Shown: positions 27,620 through 39,904 of the stretch, in pieces | Layout of the letters: each line of letters starts with the position of its first letter | Position numbering within the stretch: position 1 is the first letter of the stretch | Source: Eledone cirrhosa | Taxonomy: Eukaryota | Reading direction: 5' to 3' | Length of the DNA stretch: 64,000 nucleotides | Assembly (NCBI GenBank): GCA_964016885.1 | Contig: OZ024756.1 | Location: forward strand, 2,728,001 to 2,792,000 | The notes under the pieces: model-generated | The model's input: only the letters and a program-made list of their open reading frames with translations | Databases searched by the model: none | What the model was told of the DNA's origin: nothing | Position numbers and translations under genes: made by a program

Positions 27620-27812
27620 GGGAGGTGAATTGGCAGTATCGGTAGAGGGTTGGACGCCATGCTTTGCAGCAAAGAGTTACGTCCCATTACGGTCTGAGTT
27701 CAAATCGCGCCGAGGTTAAAGTTTGCCTTTCATCCTTACGGGGTCGATAAAATAAAGTACCAGTAATGTACTGGGTAATTGCTGGCCTTGTGCCTAAAGT
27801 AGAAACAATTAT
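27620..27812 (+). mobile_element. tRNA-derived SINE, family 1, full length
   Basis: A box TGGCAGTATCGG, B box GAGTTCAAATC, central TTTGCCTTTCATCCTTACGGGGTCGATAAAATAAAGTACCAG (Meta-domain-like from recall); TSD ATTATTGTTAGTGAAGG on both sides. Confidence 0.92.
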
Positions 27813-28170
27813 TGTTAGTGAAGGTTGGATGCTTTGCGATGTCGTTTCCTCGTCTCAGCACCAGTAATGGTGCCACTAATACAAACATTGTTTCCATAGT
27901 ACCATCTGATAATGATCTCCTTTACTTCCTTGTAACAAAGTAAAAGATATTTACTACTTCTAAACATATCTTAGAAGGTTTATTGACCGTTGGAAGGTCC
28001 AACACGAAACCCGGGTTTCTATCTTACATTTTATCGCACATCACACCAATGTGCGCATCTTAGGTGCTTTCTTTCATTATGAATCACACTTACTCACCCC
28101 ACACACACATATACATAAGTCTGTGAGTATGTATCTCGGTATGTATGCATGTGTTTATATATATAAAAAC

Positions 28171-28202
<32 letters not shown>

Positions 28203-28209
28203 TACACGT

Positions 28210-28259
<50 letters not shown>

Positions 28260-28373
28260 ACATATATATATTTACAGCTGATTAACTTTCAGCAAAAGAG
28301 GCATGCTGTGTAGAACTGCAGAGAATTGCGATTAGGTGGTTTTGTGTACAAACATATGGTCGGTTGTATATAC

Positions 28374-28655
<282 letters not shown>

Positions 28656-28930
28656 GTATATATACAGATAGATAGATATATAGGTAGGTAGATGTGGCTT
28701 CAAACACAACCGTAGATAATTACCTGGTTTGTTAGGGTTAAATGAGTGCAAAGCTGACTATATACAAACATATTTACCCTCACATGCATGTATAAGCATA
28801 ACGAATAGATTTCGCTGATGTGTCCTCAGATGTAATTTGGGTGCGCATAAATCTGTATACTTCACATCATTTACATTAGGAATCATGGTGTACAGAAGGT
28901 ACACATCCAGGGTGTACACACACACACACC

Positions 28931-28963
<33 letters not shown>

Positions 28964-28989
28964 GTATATATATATATATATATAAAGAT

Positions 28990-30311
28990 AGATATCGTTC
29001 TTTATTTGCCACAGGGGCATACAAGAAACGGGACATTACAAGACGTGACGGCGGCGGTTTTACATAAAAATCGTATAAACTTTAACATTAATAAATAATT
29101 GTTTCTACTTTAGGCACAAGGCCAGCAATTACCCAGTGCATTACTGGTACTTTATTTTATCGACCCCGTAAGGATGAAAGGCAAAGTCAACCTCGGCAGG
29201 ATTTGAACTCAGATCGTAAAGGGACGTAACTATGCTGGAAAGCATGGCGTCCGACCCTCTACCGATACTGCTAATCCACCAACCCAACATTAATAACTAA
29301 TAAACTACAGGTGGATTGGCAGTATCGGTAGAGGGTCGGACGCCATGCTTTCCAGGATAGTTACGTCCCTTTACGATCTGACTTCAAATCCCGCCGTGGT
29401 TGATCTTACTTTTCATCCTTACGGGGTCGATAAAATAACGTACCAGTAATGCACTAGGTAATTGCTGGCCTTGTGCCTAAAGTAGAAACAATCAATAAAT
29501 AATAAACTATATATTAAAATAAAATAATAATCGAAATCCCCAATAGGGGGGAACGTTACAGCGGGGTTGTTTTACACCCCGTGGATAGAACAACCCTCAA
29601 CACCAGGAACACGTTTTGTAGATGTTTCCGTCTTCCCTCTGTTTGTCTTCCTCAACCTACAGGTTTATATACAGAGAAGGCCCATTCACTCGGGCCATTT
29701 TCGCCAAATTCACCCACCTTTCAGCAAATTTACTGGGGTGTAGCACCTCTCTCTCCACTCTCACCTTCCTTCAGAAGTGGTACTTAAAGAAGGGGATGTG
29801 TTGTTGTCCGGAGAGAAAGGTATTTACCCCTAGTCCTTTAACCTCGTCCACCATATTAACTCTTTCGCCATAGCCAGGAAAACCGCCTCCCCTTCATTCC
29901 TAAATGAAGGCGGCGGGTGATCCTCACGATGGACTGGGCTGACAACTGGATGTGTCCCACACTTGACACTAGCCGTTTGACATAATTCTACAGATCGGTC
30001 ACCCCTGGGCACTGAACAATTGCGTGCAGACCGATTTCAATGTCTTGCTAGCGTCTTGGCCAGGTAGGTCTTTTGGCAGGGTCCCTGCCAGGGCGTCCGT
30101 GCCTGTAGATTTTGTCTTAAGGTGGCAGAGCTCCTTGGTAGCACTGACAGGCCAAAGACCTGCTGAAGTTATCCAGAGGCCCTGGACAGAAAGTCCTCCC
30201 GAACAGACTGGCCAGTTCGTTCTCCTCGATGCCTAGAGTCTCCCGGAGAACGTCGTCGCAATTATCCTCCACTAATCCCCTATAGAATGTCGAAGTGGAG
30301 TCTCCACTGAT
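28990..30311 (-). mobile_element. Tx1/L1-like LINE 3' fragment, copy 1, interrupted by two SINEs
   Basis: Colinear with 59154-60022 throughout; decayed zf-RVT-type C-terminus. Confidence 0.8.
29096..29492. mobile_element. head-to-head pair of family 1 SINEs (29096-29280 minus, 29310-29492 plus)
   Basis: The arms are near reverse complements with a ~29-nt spacer; each SINE has its own TSD-like flanks. Confidence 0.9.
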
Positions 30312-30335
30312 GTATATGTATAGTTAGCTAGTAGC

Positions 30336-30414
<79 letters not shown>

Positions 30415-30424
30415 TGTATAAAAG

Positions 30425-31451
30425 AATATATATACAGCACACAACACACAAAAACAAGATGGACAGAACAAAGGAAAAACACAATTTAAGAAACCAGTCA
30501 CTGAGTAGGTCACAGAATGTGTGACGAAAGATCTTCGAGAATATATAAAAAAACCCATCCGATTAGTGAACCAGCCAGCTGGAAATCTGTGTATATATAA
30601 ATTAAGTATGTGTGTGTGTGTCTGTGTGTCTGTGTATTACCTATAGGGTCGTACATCTTACGACTGATATTCATGAAACTTTACAGGCTCATAGATTCGT
30701 CATCGGGGAGTGTTTTCTATATATCAGCGTATCGTTTTTTTTATTCTGGGGTCATTCTGCAGATAAAGATCGAGAGGGGGGGGGGGGGGTCACCTTTTTT
30801 TAGGTGTCGAAAAATAAGATTTTTGGCTCTAGCTCCCACATTTTGCCACCGATTTCGTTCAAATTTGAAAGCAAAATAGAATTTATCATTGCACATCCTG
30901 TAATGGCTTTATACTTTACATTTATTGTTGAGGGACGGCGTGACAGCCGCTTAAATATTAAAAAAATACCACTTTTAGATTCAAATATCCACTTTTTCGG
31001 CTCTAGCTCCCACATTAATCAATCTACTTTGTTCAAATTTTACACTACGCTAGATCTGATTATTTCACGGCTTAAAGTGAATTTTATGTTCATGAACGGC
31101 GTGGCAGACACTTAAATATTCGAAAATACCACCTTTTCGCTCAAATTACCGCCTTTTCGGCTCTAGCTCCCACATTTTTCAACCGATTTCGTTCAAATTC
31201 GAAACTCCCTCCCCCAGTCACCCGTGTTTCTCAGTGATAGGGGTCATCACCACCCTCCCCCGCATGGCCTGTGTGTGGCCATAGATGAGTCATCAAGAAG
31301 CAGCCGCTAAGATCAACACCATTTCATCAAAGCAGATATTATTTTACCTACCCAGGCAACGCTGCTAGTTCATAATAAATTGAAGTGGAAACCAGAAGGT
31401 GCGTGTGTGTGTGTTTTATTGACAGCATGACCCTCCTAAAGTACAACAATA
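30425..31451 (+). mobile_element. diverged pLTR of the Neptune-like family, split by a Helitron
   Basis: CCAGTCA-CTGAGTA-GGTCACA..TGTGAC-GAAAGATCT at about 30494-30534. The pLTR resumes at 31369 (ATAATAAATTGAAGTG...CATGACCCTCCTAAAGTACAACAAT). Confidence 0.75.
30586..31368 (+). mobile_element. non-autonomous Helitron with internal subrepeats
   Basis: A|TC 5' end and CCCAGGCAACGCTG-CTAG|T 3' end; removing it rejoins the host pLTR. GGCTCTAGCTCCCACAT occurs three times internally. Confidence 0.75.
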
Positions 31452-31493
31452 CACACTCACATACACACACACACATATTAACGGAATCTTCTG

Positions 31494-31544
31494 AGTTTCA
31501 GAAGATCCCGTTAAGGGTGAAAGCAGCGATTCTTTGCTTAAACT
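31494..31544 (+). ncRNA. type I hammerhead-like fold, family H, best copy
   Basis: AGTTT-CAGAAGA-TCCC-GTTAA-GGGT-GAAAGCAG-CGATTCT-TTGCTT-AAACT, preceded by a short inverted copy TAACGGAATCTTCTGA. Confidence 0.65.
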
Positions 31545-31795
31545 TTAATCTGTTATTTTAATAAATATTTGCTCTACGGTTCTTATATATTTGATATATA
31601 TTTATCCTTATCGAGCCCTCTTTGGATTTTAGTCTTCAAACGTATTATTATTACTATATATATATATATATATTACTGCTCTGGTTTTTATTTTGTCCAT
31701 GGAGCGGTTGCCAGTATAATTCGGATATTGCGTTTCGCTTTGTTTTCGACCACAGCCGAAATTCGATCTCGCTGAAATTATATATATATATATAT

Positions 31796-32452
31796 ATACA
31801 TTATGAAGAGAGAAGAAACATTTAGATATAATTAGTAATAAAATGTATCATACCTAAACTGCTCCTAAATTCCTCGACTACGTAGTTTCGTGGCATAAAC
31901 AAAAACAATATATCATAAAGATATAGAGTCCCTGCGAGGTCTGCCGACTTATCAAGAGGATACCTCATTTTACTAGTCTCAAGAACGCGTCTACACGACG
32001 TGAGAAAGAATCCCAAAAGGCGGAGGGGGAGATAGTCACGCGATATAACGGTCGAGAAACAGAACTAAGCCTCTTATAACCACGAAGAAAATACCACGGA
32101 GTCGGAGGGGGTATTCATATCGAGGCCGCAGAAGAGGTGGTGAAGAAGGCTAGAAGTATGAGTAATGGAAGCTTTCCAGTTGTCCCCACACTTCAAAGAT
32201 TGCTCGACCAGAGGGAGTTATTAACAATATATTTAGAAACACACAGATACATGCGGACACACACATATATACATGAATGCATCCGCACCCAACTGTGAGT
32301 TAAGGGTGCCAACTTCACCGATGTTGCTCAATGAATGACCGGGACAGACCAATTCAGTTGAACTAGACTGAACCAGTATCAGAGTTAAAAATACATTATG
32401 AAGAGAGAAGAAACATTTAGATATAATTAGTAATAAAATGTATCATACCTAT
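31796..32452. mobile_element. TA-embedded element with ~58-bp direct terminal repeats
   Basis: TACATTATGAAGAGAGAAGAAACATTTAGATATAATTAGTAATAAAATGTATCATACCT occurs at both ends. Confidence 0.6.
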
Positions 32453-32460
32453 ATATCATA

Positions 32461-32504
<44 letters not shown>

Positions 32505-32819
32505 AGTTAAGAATAACATGGATCGGCTATACAGTAAGGTTTATTCCATGTATCAACAAATATTTCATTAGTCCGGTGTGTCTAAAAACCGCTATCCGCA
32601 GTATGCTGCGGCACTCGATTTTAATTACAATTGATACCCGACCAAATTTTCAAAATACTGATGTGGTGTATATGATACAGGGACCACTTATCTAGGAATT
32701 GTCTTAAATCAGCCACCCGAATACCACAACTAAGTAAACTTCTTTTTGAGTCAAACAACGCCGAACGTTAAAACTATCCTCGATACAGAGTACCGATAAC
32801 CTCTACTTAGATTACCTTA

Positions 32820-32957
32820 AACGATACCAGCCGGATCAGTTGGAGATGGGTGTTTCTGAACGGACCCGCTGGAAGGGGTGTTTGAGGACTCTGCTCCCAT
32901 GACGCTCCGGAGAAGAAGAAGAAGAAGAAGAAGAAGAAGAAGAAGAAGAAGAAGAAG
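32820..32957 (+). mobile_element. RTE-like 3' end with (GAA)n tail
   Basis: QLEMGVSERTRWKGCLRTLL resembles the RTE LE..A.DR..WR motif; followed by TGCTCC...GGAG and (GAA)n. Confidence 0.4.
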
Positions 32958-33117
32958 ATTTTATAAAAAATGTACTGAAATATCTTCCTTGTGAAGTTGT
33001 GCCCACCTAGAATGTTCTAAATTATTAAATTAGTGTTTGGAACAGAGATAAAGGTTCTTACGTAAGATTATGATAGAGGGTATTTATTGAGCTCAAATTT
33101 ATGCAAATTTACCGTAT

Positions 33118-33403
33118 ATGGACCTCCGTCGGTCTCGACGAATTAAATACCTTTCTGGTGTAATTAACGTGTAAGTGGTCGATCATTCCACATAGTTCTC
33201 GGGGAGATTCAGCGTGACGTAATGCAACTTTCGACAAGGCTGCTACCCCCCTTTAATTACAGGTACAGTTCATTTGTAGAAGCTAAGTTCACTGGAGTAA
33301 CGTGAAATAAATTGTCTTGCTCAAGGGCACACTATCCTGACCAATCCCGGAATCATACTCACCACTTTGTGAGCCGAACGTCCTCATCATTTAGTCACGC
33401 CCT
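33118..33403 (-). mobile_element. SINE family 2
   Basis: TGTCTTGCTCAAGGGCACAC is the reverse complement of GTGTGCCCTTGAGCAAGACA, a conserved SINE central block; homologous to 8848-9043. Confidence 0.6.
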
Positions 33404-33428
33404 TTCACTAATCCTCATTCTATTACAT

Positions 33429-33775
33429 ATATGAGGGTCTGCTGAACAGTTCATAGGCTGACTATGAAGAAGTGATGCTAGAGCTGTGAAATCTTGCATG
33501 CATTAATTTCAACTCTTCTTATTAATAACTGCATTGTACCTTTCCAGGGACTGTGTTGCAAAATAAACCTCATTTGGTCATTCCATGAGAGTATCTTGGT
33601 CTGCCTATGAAAGAGTGATGCTAGAGCTGTGAAATCTTGCATGCATTAATTTCAACTCTTCTTATTAATAACTGCATTGTTCCTTTCCAGGGACTGTGTT
33701 GAAAAATAAACCTCATTTGGCCATTCCATGAGAGTATCTTGGTTAGTCTATGAACTGTTCAGCCGATCCTCGTAT
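33429..33775. mobile_element. mariner-type MITE with two internal tandem units
   Basis: TA-TGAGGGTCTGCTGAACAGTTCATAGGCT ... AGTCTATGAACTGTTCAGCCGATCCTCG-TA. Confidence 0.85.
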
Positions 33776-33902
33776 AAGAGCTATATTGTTACCGTGGCAA
33801 CCCTAGACTTGGCCTTTAGAGCTGGTCATTACAAGGTTTGAAAGAAATGGCGATGGAAATCTCAGAAATTGTTCAGTTTTACTAGGAATTCTTATTTGTT
33901 TT

Positions 33903-34310
33903 ATGAAGGGAGGCTTAGATAGATTATATTTCCCACGCAAGGAAGACAATCAGGGCCTTAAATCTGGGGTAACATCATATGAGGCCCAAGTTGTAACGCC
34001 GAAACAACATCTTAAATCTGGGGTAACATCATATGAGACCCAAACTGTAATGCCGAAACAACATCTTAAATCTGGAGTAACATCATTTGGGACCCAAGGT
34101 TTAGCGTTGAAGCAACATCTTAAATCTGGGGTAACATCATATGAGACCCAAACTGTAACGCCGAAATAACATCTTAAATCTGGGGTAACAACATTTGGGA
34201 GCCAAGCTTTAACGCCGAAGCAACATCTGCAGCAGAGAAAAGATCTCAGCATCTATTTCACTGAAGAATACAAGCGTTAAATTGATAACATCATTAGGAT
34301 AGTTAGAAGC
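33903..34310 (+). mobile_element. R4/Dong-like LINE fragment containing a 54-bp x5 tandem repeat
   Basis: LDRLYFPRKEDNQGLKS resembles the DRLYxPRKEGGRGL motif; units start at 33957, 34011, 34065, 34119 and 34173. Confidence 0.55.
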
Positions 34311-34680
34311 GATAAAATCATTAGGAGAGACATGAAATAAAAACAAGACTCTTCCCAAGGAATTTTGGCAATCTCCACTTAACATAACAGAAAATATTTT
34401 AAAAAAAGTTAGACCAGTTCACTGAGAACGTTGAACATGGGTATGAATTAAAAGAAAAACACGATGGATAAAATAAATTGTACTAATGAGTTAATTATCC
34501 ATCCAAGATCGTAAATACACATTCAGCTTTATAATGTTTATTATTTGAGACACACGTGTAATGAACAACAATAGTGTACTGGAAGTTGGACACAGCAGTG
34601 TAGGAAATATCGAGTTAGGTTTCATTACTCAACTGTGAAGTATTACGTAACTTCATAATTCATTCATACATTATTTGAAT

Positions 34681-34871
34681 GGCGGTGGATTGGCAGTATC
34701 GGTAGAGGGTCGGACGCCATGCTTTGCAGCAAAGAGTTACGGCACTTTATGGTCTAAGTTCAAATCCCGCCGAGGTTAACTTTGCCTTTCATCCTTATGG
34801 GGGTCGATAAAATAAAGTACCAGTAATGTACTGGGTATTTGCTGGCTTTGTACCAAAAGTAGAAACAATTA
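34681..34871 (+). mobile_element. tRNA-derived SINE, family 1, full length
   Basis: GGCGGTGGATTGGCAGTATCGGTAGAGGG...AGTAGAAACAATT; TSD ATTATTTGAAT. Confidence 0.92.
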
Positions 34872-35802
34872 TTTGAATCTGTAAAAACGTTTATTTGGTT
34901 AAACATACAGAGAAAGAAAGCAGTATTGGAAAGGACTATAAATGCCATAAATGAGAGGAAAGGAGGGGAAGAGTAAGGGGTATTAGACAAAGGAAGACAG
35001 AAAGGGGGAAAGGGAGAGAGGGATAGATTCTACATCTGGGTCAGAGTGGTGTTTCGGCTGGGCCTCGCGGACAAAAGGGCAAAGGCATTTCAGTGGACAC
35101 GCTGCAACATCCAACCCATCTTGTGGGGATCCTTCCTCAGACGGGCTGCTATCGATCCTCGGAGGAGATCAGCTGCCCGGTGTCATATATTATACACCGT
35201 TTCAAGAAGGTTAGAAATTATCTGGTTTTTTTCCCTAGCATTTATAGATTTAGCATTTCGATTTTAGTTCTCTTGGTACCACTTGTTATTTCTTTATGTA
35301 GTTAGCTTAGTAGTGTCGTGTGAATGTATGCATGTGTGTATATAGTGACCAACGGTACTAGAACGAACCAGACGATGAAAGGTTGTTAGGCTTCGCTCGG
35401 CCTTTTCGACGTATTTCACCTCATGGCTCCAGCCGACAGAGTAGGGAAAATAGTAACCCGCAGCATACCATCAGGGAAATACAGATGAGTAGACAGTCAC
35501 TGTCCAGCTGGGTGTCAGTTGACCACCAATGTAAGGAATTTAGTCAGGCACCATTATGGGGTTGTGAGGCGCCGGGGTGACACAAAATCTGAGTCAGGTG
35601 GTTCGAAGATTATAAGCAGAATTAATGAAAGAAAAGAAAAAAGAATCATGGGAACGTGTATGCTGTTTTTGATTCGGCTTTTTATATATTTTTGTGGGCG
35701 TATGTGTGATATTTTTCAGGCGACCTGATATTTTTCTCTAAAGACATTTTTTTTCTAATTCCAACCCGCCCATCCCTTCTATCTATCTTATTTCTCATTC
35801 TT

Positions 35803-35838
35803 TCTTCTGATGAAAGAATAACGTCCGAAACGTCAAGA
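35803..35838 (+). ncRNA. minimal PLE-type hammerhead
   Basis: TCTT-CTGATGAA-AGA..TCC-GAAACGTC-AAGA; stem I intact, one stem II mismatch; TA tail about 60 nt downstream. Confidence 0.65.
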
Positions 35839-35929
35839 CCCTCTTCCTGCTATTTCAAGCGTTAACATAACATATTATTCCTTCTAATATATTCCTTATA
35901 TATATATATATATATATATGTGTTTGTTT

Positions 35930-35961
<32 letters not shown>

Positions 35962-35965
35962 TATA

Positions 35966-36161
35966 ACAAAGAGGGTGTGGTAAGATACCAGGTGGACCAT
36001 AACGTACCAGAGTACTCAATACTTAGGGTAATAGAGTGGGTAATATAAAAAGAGTCAGGACCCCTACAGCTGAGCTCCGGCCGTTTCGACAGCTAGATCT
36101 GAATTCAGTTCGAATGTACCTGTCGAAACCGCCAGAGCTCAGCCGTCGGGGTCCTGAACCT

Positions 36162-36168
<7 letters not shown>
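35966..36168 (-). mobile_element. family A fold-back element
   Basis: CAGGACCCCTACAGCTGAGCTCCGGCCGTTTCGACAG is inverted against CTGTCGAAACCGCCAGAGCTCAGCCGTCGGGGTCCTG; the unpaired tail is shared with the 1958 and 62024 copies. Confidence 0.75.
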
Positions 36169-37637
<1,469 letters not shown>

Positions 37638-37655
37638 TATATATATATATATATA

Positions 37656-37686
<31 letters not shown>

Positions 37687-37702
37687 GACCCTCCCTAAGT
37701 AT

Positions 37703-37764
<62 letters not shown>

Positions 37765-37765
<1 letters not shown>

Positions 37766-38450
37766 GAGTATACACTCAAAGAGTCATTTACAATTAATTA
37801 GCTCAAAGAAAGAAGCATTTCTGAGCCGTGCAATACAAGTTAATATAAATTAATATATGATAAACACCTAAGTGTTTGCATTGTAAAAGACAAAAGTTAG
37901 CTAGAATGAAACAAACTAATTCAAATAAATATAGCCTGCCTGTATCGATTTAAAAAATAATAAATCAATATACACAAACTCATATTGGCAAATAGCCGTG
38001 GTAGCTAGACAAATTTAAATTTTAAAATTCAAACCTTTTCCGCAGATCAATCTGAACCTCAAAATCAAAATAGGTTTCGCAAACGATGGTATAAAAGAGA
38101 AATAATCAATTTTCTGTGCTTATCAATATTAGGTTACTTCACCTCGAAAACATGTTGAAGGTCTGGTTTACGAGCACAAACGCACGAGGTTTTGCACTCG
38201 GTTCTTCCAGCTCACTAGCCTATCTCATACTCATGGCGCTAGAAATAACAGCCGTTTATATGGGATTAAAAATTAGCTCAACCGAGGCTATTTGCCAATA
38301 TGAGTTTGTGTATATTGATTTATTATTTTTTAAATCGATACAGGCAGGCTATATTTATTTGAATTAGTTTGTTTCATTCTAGCTAACTTTTGTCTTTTAC
38401 AATGCAAACACTTAGGTGTTTATCATATATTAATTTATATTAACTTGTAT
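37765..38450 (-). mobile_element. TA-embedded element with ~165-bp inverted repeats, related to 36228-37063
   Basis: 37833-37997 is the reverse complement of 38286-38450; shares CTGAGCCGTG, TATCGATTTAAAA and GCTAGAAATAACAG.CGT with the 36-kb element. Confidence 0.75.
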
Positions 38451-38730
38451 ATATATATATTATTATTATTATTATTATACTTGGGGAGGGTCATATAGTT
38501 ATAATATTGCCAGAAATAATTAACAAAACACACTCACCGTTTGGTTTGGGTTGCTTTTCGCTTCTGTATCTTTTATATCTCCATAGTTAATTTATTTGGC
38601 AATCACTGATTATCATTGATTGACCAACGGTTAAAAATGTAGATATAGTCTATCAAAGTTCTTTCGCCACACATCTGCGACATCATTAGTGGTACTATTA
38701 TGTTTCCTCCCGTTGTATTGTAATGCCTAC

Positions 38731-38826
<96 letters not shown>

Positions 38827-39235
38827 TATATAAGTGTATGTGGGGTGAAGAAGATCGGCGTTGGTGAAGTTTCAGCATCTCTTATATTTTGTTATATTCT
38901 ACACTTAGTATTGAGTGCGTTTCTCATGTGAATGTACACACTAACGGACATTCTTATAAATGTTACCACACATGCTCACACATTTGTGGGCACTACAATG
39001 GACCAGCGGTTCTGTGGATAGGGGTTCTATATTCTATAAATCCATTTGGAGGGCCGATGACCACATAATCTCTGTATCTGCTGTCAACTTTGCAACATTA
39101 CATTAACTGTGACAAATGTATTTTCTCCCTCCTCCTATTTGGAGTTGTTCACAACTTCTATTGTGACTTGTCGCCTCTTCTATCATGTGACCCTATAATC
39201 TCGTTCTCTCGTCTTCGTTCTTCCACACCATTCAG

Positions 39236-39396
39236 CCGTGGCTGAGTTCAAATTCCCGCGAGGTTAACTTTCCCTTTCATCCTTCACGTGGTCACGAGGT
39301 CGATAAAATGAAGTACCAGTAACGCACTGGAGTCGAATTAATCGACTTTCTCCTCTCCCAGAATTGCTGGCCTTGTGCCTATCTAAGAAACCATTA
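39236..39396 (+). mobile_element. tRNA-derived SINE, family 1, 5'-truncated
   Basis: CTGAGTTCAAATTCC...GGTCGATAAAATGAAGTACCAG...TTGCTGGCCTTGTGCCTA. Confidence 0.85.
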
Positions 39397-39904
39397 TTAC
39401 TATCCCACCTTTTCCTCTCTGCTCTTCACTTACCATGTATATTTCTTTACCAAAGAAATATACATTTCATTTTCAAAAGTTAAATAAGTATGGGAAAGAA
39501 GGATAAAAGCAAAATGAAATAATGAGAAAACGAGGGAGGGGCAAGAAAGGGAAAAATCCGGCCGTAAGAGAAAGTAGAGGAAAGGAATATGAAAGACATA
39601 AATGAGAGGAAAAGGAGGGGAAAAGCAAGGACTCTAGGGCCACAGAAGAAAGGGAGGGATAAGGGGGAGGGTGATGGGCTCTGGGCCTAGGGTGCGGCGG
39701 TGTTTGTGCTGCGCCCCGTTGCCAAGACCGCAAAAGCCTTCCCGCGGACAATGGCCAGTGACACCCGCTGCAACAGCCACCCCACCTCTCCATGGGTTTA
39801 ATCGTCCCTATTCGTCAAATATTGTTCGACGTAAGTTTTGCTTCGTTTCCGTCTTGTAAAATATTCCAGAACAGTGCTTAACTATCTTATTAGATACTGT
39901 CACT

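Noticed and set aside
35030-35190. GC-rich island as an exon or ribozyme
   Set aside because: No recognisable motif, splice pair or fold; possibly a LINE 3' remnant on the minus strand, but I cannot support that.
38880-39120. Unique sequence as a possible minus-strand exon
   Set aside because: All frames close quickly and I found no consistent acceptor/donor pair.
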